From positions 512,001 through 576,000 of the forward strand of contig CAVYTU010000014.1 in assembly GCA_963771465.1 (NCBI GenBank): DNA of 64,000 nucleotides, read 5' to 3'. This document shows positions 58,524 through 64,000 of the stretch, one piece after another. The notes beneath the pieces were generated by a model, which was not told where the DNA came from, searched no databases, and saw only the letters and a program-made list of their open reading frames with translations. A program made the translations under genes and the position numbers. Each line of letters starts with the position of its first letter. Position 1 is the stretch's first letter. The stretch is from an uncultured delta proteobacterium. GTDB taxonomy: Bacteria > Desulfobacterota > Binatia > UBA9968.

Positions 58524-60257
58524 TTAGAATCCCAACGAAAACACCGAACCAAATCCTTTATCCGTATCGGTAACTCGGATCGTTTCATCGACGGTCGTCA
58601 TGCCATCGCGCACTTTTTGTAAGGCGCTCATCCGTAGCGTGCTCATGCCAAGCTTGACCGCTTCGCGTTTGAGCTCCATCGCCGAGGCGCCTTTGAGAAT
58701 CAGTTCCTTAATAGCTTCGTGCATGACCATAACTTCGTATATTGCCAATCGGCCGCGGTAACCGGTGCCACCACAATTATTACAGCCGCGGCCGTGAAAT
58801 GTCGCAAATCCAGCACCTATATCTGCCGTATCCACGCCAAGGTTGATCAATACTTCAGGCTTAATATCGATGGGCTCTTTGCACTTGTCGCAGATTTTTC
58901 TGACCAATCGCTGGGCGAGGATTAAATTTATCGAGGACGTCAGGAGAAACGTCTCCACGCCCATGTTGATGAGACGATCGACAGTCGCCGGGCAGTCATT
59001 CGTATGCAAGGTGCTGAGCACCAGATGACCCGTTAGCGCCGCCTTAATCGCGATCTGCGCGGTCTCTAAATCGCGAACTTCGCCGACCATGATGATGTCT
59101 GGATCTTGGCGCAAGAAAGATCGCAACGCTGCAGCAAAGTTAAGCCCTATTTGTTCTCGCACCTGAACCTGATTGATACCCATCAGATTGTATTCGACCG
59201 GATCCTCCGCCGTAGAAATATTCACATCAGGCTTGTTGAGATCGGATAGGGCAGAATAGAGAGTGGTCGACTTACCGCTACCTGTGGGCCCAGTAATAAG
59301 TATCATGCCGTAAGGCTTATGAATCGCGTCCTGAAAATCTTTCAGATTTTGCGGATCGAAGCCAAGTTTCGACATATCCAGTTGAAGATTGGACTTGTCC
59401 AACAATCGCATCACGACTTTTTCGCCGAAAAGTGTGGGCAAGACCGAAACGCGAACGTCCAATTCGCCGCCGGTGCCCATCTTAAGCTTGATGCGACCAT
59501 CTTGGGTAAGTCGTCGCTCGGCAATATCAAGACTGGCCATGACCTTTAACCGGGACACTAACGCGTTCTTTAAACGCAATGGCGGGCTCATGATCTCTTG
59601 GAGCACGCCATCAATGCGGAATCGCACGCGGAATACTTTCTCGTAAGGTTCTATATGAATATCGCTACAGCGGCGCTTGGCGGCGTCCGCCAAGATAGCG
59701 TTGACCAAAGTCACAACGGGTGCGTCCATGGTGGCCCGCTGCAGCTCTTGGAGGTCGACGTCGTCGTTTCCTTGGACGACCTCCATCTCTCCATCGCCAA
59801 ATTTCTTTAGAACGTCATCGTAACTAACTCCACCGAAACGATGTTCAAGCGTCTTTTTGATACCAGCCGGCGTGCTAAGAACGATACGCACGCCGTAACC
59901 CGTGACGAACTTAACTTCATTGACCGCCACCAAATCAGTTGGATCGGCCATCGCAACGGTCAAAGTTGAGCCGAGGAGTTTGTAAGGAATGACTTGGTGC
60001 TTTTGAACAATTTGCGGCGGGACTAAGCTAAAAACTGCCTCCTCAATATCGCCAGGAACAAGCTCGATAGTTTCTATACCGAACTGTCTAGCTAGGAAGT
60101 TGGTTAATGTCTCTTCATTGGTGAAACCTAAGCGAACAATCTCTTTCGGGACGCTTGAGCCATTTTCACGTTCACTTTTTTGCGCTTCTATAAGTTGCTC
60201 GCGGGTGACGATACCCCCGCGAACTAAGAGTTCAGCAAATCTCGGTTCCATAGGCAA
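58524..60257 (-). CDS. pilB: Type IV pilus assembly ATPase PilB
   Basis: SDIHIEP, GPTGSGKSTT, EDPVE, LRQDPD, GHLVLSTLHTN, tetra-Cys motif. Confidence 0.95.
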   Translation of the reverse strand: MPMEPRFAELLVRGGIVTREQLIEAQKSERENGSSVPKEIVRLGFTNEETLTNFLARQFGIETIELVPGDIEEAVFSLVPPQIVQKHQVIPYKLLGSTLTVAMADPTDLVAVNEVKFVTGYGVRIVLSTPAGIKKTLEHRFGGVSYDDVLKKFGDGEMEVVQGNDDVDLQELQRATMDAPVVTLVNAILADAAKRRCSDIHIEPYEKVFRVRFRIDGVLQEIMSPPLRLKNALVSRLKVMASLDIAERRLTQDGRIKLKMGTGGELDVRVSVLPTLFGEKVVMRLLDKSNLQLDMSKLGFDPQNLKDFQDAIHKPYGMILITGPTGSGKSTTLYSALSDLNKPDVNISTAEDPVEYNLMGINQVQVREQIGLNFAAALRSFLRQDPDIIMVGEVRDLETAQIAIKAALTGHLVLSTLHTNDCPATVDRLINMGVETFLLTSSINLILAQRLVRKICDKCKEPIDIKPEVLINLGVDTADIGAGFATFHGRGCNNCGGTGYRGRLAIYEVMVMHEAIKELILKGASAMELKREAVKLGMSTLRMSALQKVRDGMTTVDETIRVTDTDKGFGSVFSLGF

Positions 60258-60376
60258 ATAACAAAAGGTAACAAATTATCGTCGATCACCTAGTGACTGT
60301 CAACAAAATGTCCACAAACTGACAGCTACAACGATTAGTTGCGACGGTATGATGGTTGCTGAAATTGATCGTTTTT

Positions 60377-63097
60377 TCAGAGGTTTTTCGCTAAAGCGGC
60401 TCGGGCTGCAGCGAGCTTAGCGATGGGAACTCGATAGGGCGAGCAGCTTACATAATCGAGTCCGATTTTATGGCAAAAAGCGACGGATTGTGGGTCGCCG
60501 CCATGCTCACCGCAAATACCCATTTCGAGCTGTTTGCGTTTCTTACGACCCTTGGCAACCGCGATTCGCATGAGCGCCCCGACACCATCCTCATCGATGC
60601 TGACGAAGGGATCCGCAGGAATTAACCCTTGAACAACGTAGCTGGGGAGAAACTTGCCTGCGTCGTCGCGGGACAAACCAAGGCAAGTTTGTGTCAAGTC
60701 GTTGGTACCGAAGGAAAAGAACTCTGCTTCCTCGGCGATTTCATCGGCCACCATACACGCCCGCGGCAGCTCGATCATCGTGCCGATCGAATAACGCACT
60801 TTGACACCAAAGGATTTTTGAGTTTCGCGAGCAATTCGTTCGACGATCGCCTTTTGCTCGCGCAATTCTAGGCGCGAACCGACAAGCGGAATCATCACTT
60901 CGGGAAATGGATTTTTCCCCTCGCGCCGCAATTCGCACGAGGCTTCGAAGATCGCTTGTGCCTGCATCTCGGTAATTTCCGGATAAGAGATACCCAAGCG
61001 GCACCCACGATGACCCAGCATAGGGTTAAATTCTTGCAGGACGTTGACTTTGTTCCGCAAGATTTCGAGCGGTACACCCATGACTTGCGCGAGTTCGATC
61101 ACTTCCTGATCACTTTTTGGGAGAAACTCATGCAAGGGCGGATCAAGGGTACGAATGGTCACAGGTAAGCCGCCCATAATCGCGAGAATGGCCTTGAAAT
61201 CTTCCTTCTGCATCGGTAACAGCTTGGCCAACGCACGCCGGCGGCCGGCTTCATCCTCGGCGAGAATCATTTCACGCACAGCTTGAATTCGATCCCCTTG
61301 AAAAAACATATGTTCAGTGCGACATAGACCAATACCCTCGCTGCCGAAGGCCTTGGCGATCCGTGCTTGGTCGGGTTGGTCGGCATTAGTGCGCACCCCG
61401 AGCACACGTACTTCATCAGCCCAGCGCATCAGCTTGGCAAATTGTCGGTAAACCCGCGATTGGTTGTGATCCATGGTTTGGGATACCAACACCTGTAAAA
61501 CTTCCGAGGGCAAGGTCGGAATCTCGCCCTTGATCACCTCGCCGGTGCTACCGTCAAGCGAAATCCACTCGCCCTCTTTGAGTTCGGCATGATCGACGCG
61601 CAGCGTGCGCGCCGCATAATCAATGTGGAGGGTCTCGCAGCCGGCGACGCAAACTTTGCCCATTTGACGCGCAACCAGTGCGGCATGAGAGGTCATGCCG
61701 CCTCGAGCGGTTAAAATGCCTTGGGCGGCGTCCATACCACGGATGTCGTCAGGACTAGTTTCAATGCGGCATAGCACTACACGCTCGCCCCGTTTGTTCC
61801 ACTCAACGGCGTCTTCGGCATGAAAGACAACGCGACCTGTGGCCGCCCCTGGACCCGCCGGTAGTCCTTTCGCGAGTAGACGTCCTTCTTTGTGCGCCAA
61901 TTCTTTTTGTTGCTGGTCGAAAATGGGCCGGAGCAGTTGGTTCAGTTGATCCGGCTCAATACGTTTTAATGCTTCGCACTTATCGATGATCTTCTCGCCA
62001 ACCATATCTACGGCGATTCGCACGGCCGCAAAGCCAGTGCGTTTACCAGTGCGAGTCTGGAGCAGCCAGAGTTTACCTTCCTCAATGGTAAACTCGATGT
62101 CTTGCATTTCACGGTAGTGCCGTTCGAGCAGCTTGGAGACGCGCCTGAGCCCCGCTGCGGCATTGGGCAATGCTTGACTGAGTTCGGCAATCGGCTTTGG
62201 CGTGCGAATACCGGCGACGACATCCTCGCCTTGGGCGTTGATCAAGAACTCACCATAGAAACGTTTCTCGCCGCTGGCGGGGTCGCGCGTAAAAGCGACG
62301 CCAGTCGCGCAGTTCTCGCCCAAATTTCCAAATACCATCGCTTGAACGTTTACGGCCGTTCCCCACTCATGGGGAATTTTATAGAGTTCCCGATACGCGA
62401 TCGCGCGATCATTGTTCCACGAACCGAACACCGCGCCAATTGCGCCCCATAACTGCTCGACGGGATCTTCGGGAAAATTTTTTCCAAGTCGCGTTTTAAT
62501 TTCGCTCTTATACTCCGAGACGAGCTCGGCGAGATCCTTGGCACTGAGTTCCGTATCGATATGCGTCCCGACCGCTTGCTTCTTCCGCTCGAGAATCGAT
62601 TCCAAGGGATCGCTGCCATTCTTGTCCTTGGGCTTAATTCCGAGCACTACGTCGGCGTACATCTGGACGAAGCGACGGTAACTATCGTAAGCGAATCGCG
62701 GATTGTTCGTGCGCCGAATCAATCCTTGAACCGTTTGGTCGTTGAGACCAAGATTTAAGACCGTATCCATCATTCCCGGCATTGACTCGCGGGCTCCCGA
62801 TCGAACTGAAACCAATAGGGGATTATCGGCATTGCCGAAGCTACGGCCGAGAATTTTTTCCACGTCCTCCAACGCCCTGATTACTTGGGCTTTTAACTGT
62901 CGCGGATACTGCCGCTGATGCAAGTAATAATAACTGCAGATCTCGGTGCTGATGGTAAAGCCGGGCGGAACCGGAACACCGATCCGCGTCATTTCATGAA
63001 GACCGGCTCCCTTGCCGCCGAGCAGCTCGCGCATTTTTGCGTTGCCTTGGGCCTTGCCGTTTCCAAAAAAGAAAACGTGTTTATTCTTATTCGGCAT
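60377..63097 (-). CDS. ppdK: Pyruvate, phosphate dikinase
   Basis: LGGKGA, SMPGMMDT, GGMTSHAA, CRTEHMF, FGTNDL, CGEHGG. Confidence 0.97.
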   Translation of the reverse strand: MPNKNKHVFFFGNGKAQGNAKMRELLGGKGAGLHEMTRIGVPVPPGFTISTEICSYYYLHQRQYPRQLKAQVIRALEDVEKILGRSFGNADNPLLVSVRSGARESMPGMMDTVLNLGLNDQTVQGLIRRTNNPRFAYDSYRRFVQMYADVVLGIKPKDKNGSDPLESILERKKQAVGTHIDTELSAKDLAELVSEYKSEIKTRLGKNFPEDPVEQLWGAIGAVFGSWNNDRAIAYRELYKIPHEWGTAVNVQAMVFGNLGENCATGVAFTRDPASGEKRFYGEFLINAQGEDVVAGIRTPKPIAELSQALPNAAAGLRRVSKLLERHYREMQDIEFTIEEGKLWLLQTRTGKRTGFAAVRIAVDMVGEKIIDKCEALKRIEPDQLNQLLRPIFDQQQKELAHKEGRLLAKGLPAGPGAATGRVVFHAEDAVEWNKRGERVVLCRIETSPDDIRGMDAAQGILTARGGMTSHAALVARQMGKVCVAGCETLHIDYAARTLRVDHAELKEGEWISLDGSTGEVIKGEIPTLPSEVLQVLVSQTMDHNQSRVYRQFAKLMRWADEVRVLGVRTNADQPDQARIAKAFGSEGIGLCRTEHMFFQGDRIQAVREMILAEDEAGRRRALAKLLPMQKEDFKAILAIMGGLPVTIRTLDPPLHEFLPKSDQEVIELAQVMGVPLEILRNKVNVLQEFNPMLGHRGCRLGISYPEITEMQAQAIFEASCELRREGKNPFPEVMIPLVGSRLELREQKAIVERIARETQKSFGVKVRYSIGTMIELPRACMVADEIAEEAEFFSFGTNDLTQTCLGLSRDDAGKFLPSYVVQGLIPADPFVSIDEDGVGALMRIAVAKGRKKRKQLEMGICGEHGGDPQSVAFCHKIGLDYVSCSPYRVPIAKLAAARAALAKNL

Positions 63098-63160
63098 GCC
63101 GTCTACTCCAAATCATGTTTCAGGCTCGCTCGGCATGAACTCCGTGCGGAATGAACGCAC

Positions 63161-63943
63161 TTAGTTCGTGCCCAAATCTGCAGACGAGAATTGATCCAGG
63201 AAAGCCAACGATTTAATTTCGCGATCCATATGAAACTGGACGAAGCGCTGGGTTACAGCGCGCATCTCTTTAATAACTGAAAACGGCAGTGACAATGATT
63301 CGGGCAGCGCATCGGATTCCGACTGCAGTGCAGCTAATACTTCAACTGCTCTGGTACCGAGCGGCAGAGTTTCGCGCCGGGAACCGGCACAGGAGTCGCA
63401 TAAAATGCCGCCGTCGATAAAGCTAAAGTGCCACTGGCGGGAAATCTTATTGGGACAGTCTGTGCGGCAGCGTTTACAGTTGTCCAACACCGGCTGATAA
63501 CCCACCAAGCGCAACAGTTTTAGCTCAAATGACGTCAGAAATCTTAGCGATGTACCGCGCTCTTCCAAGTAGCGTAAGCTATCCCGTAGAAGACGATAGA
63601 CGGCGAGATTCTCCTGCCGTTCACTGATCAAGCCGTCGGTGATTTCAACCAGATACGCCGCATGGCACATGCGTTCCAAGCTGGTCGATAATTGACGGTA
63701 GCCAAGAAGCAACTCAGCGGCTAAAATGAATGCTAAACTGTTCTGAGGTCGGTCTTGGAAGCGCAGGCTCACTAAAGCAAAGGGTTCCAGGGAGTTCACA
63801 AACCGTCTGCGCGAGCGCATCGCGCCCTTCGCGATACCGGTGACTTTGCCGAAGTCCTCAGTTATGAAAGAGACAATTTTATCGGCTTCACCATAAGGAC
63901 GGGTGCGTAAAACTATCGCCGAGGTCACGGAGTTGGGACGCAT
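63161..63943 (-). CDS. recO: DNA repair protein RecO
   Basis: GEADKIV, AKGA.RSRRRF...LEPF, FEL.LL...GY.P, CxxC/CxxC. Confidence 0.93.
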   Translation of the reverse strand: MRPNSVTSAIVLRTRPYGEADKIVSFITEDFGKVTGIAKGAMRSRRRFVNSLEPFALVSLRFQDRPQNSLAFILAAELLLGYRQLSTSLERMCHAAYLVEITDGLISERQENLAVYRLLRDSLRYLEERGTSLRFLTSFELKLLRLVGYQPVLDNCKRCRTDCPNKISRQWHFSFIDGGILCDSCAGSRRETLPLGTRAVEVLAALQSESDALPESLSLPFSVIKEMRAVTQRFVQFHMDREIKSLAFLDQFSSADLGTN

Positions 63944-64000
63944 ATTGGGTTGAGTGGCGGACGTTATTTACGGCACCCTACCATTTTTTATGAACTCAGA

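Overview
A 64 kb GC-rich, gene-dense bacterial chromosomal segment. Gene content (NMT1-type binding proteins, amidohydrolases, NahE/phthalate-decarboxylase-like enzymes, Deltaproteobacteria-style pil cluster) suggests Candidatus Binatia or a relative; this is inference only. It carries housekeeping genes (degQ, ribBA-like, panE, moxR, mltG, glgP, holA, thiSGE under a TPP riboswitch, tRNA-Thr, ppdK, recO), a Tat-exported PaoABC-like Mo oxidoreductase with a frameshifted large subunit, and a type IV pilus locus with adjacent glycosylation genes. No integrase, transposase or CRISPR array was seen. Three things stand out. (1) A PilS/PilR chimera: the PilS-like membrane+PAS sensor is fused directly to a sigma54 AAA+/HTH activator, with no kinase or receiver domain, next to a sigma54 promoter for pilA. 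(2) A MarR-linked operon resembling the DHAP-shunt nucleoside salvage pathway (phosphorylase, divergent MtnA, class II aldolase) but extended with lipid-handling parts (SCP2 fusion, acyl-CoA ligase, PPTase), suggesting catabolism of a lipophilic 5'-substituted nucleoside. (3) A diheme cytochrome c with a contracted CxCH heme motif. All product calls come from motif recognition by eye; no searches were run.
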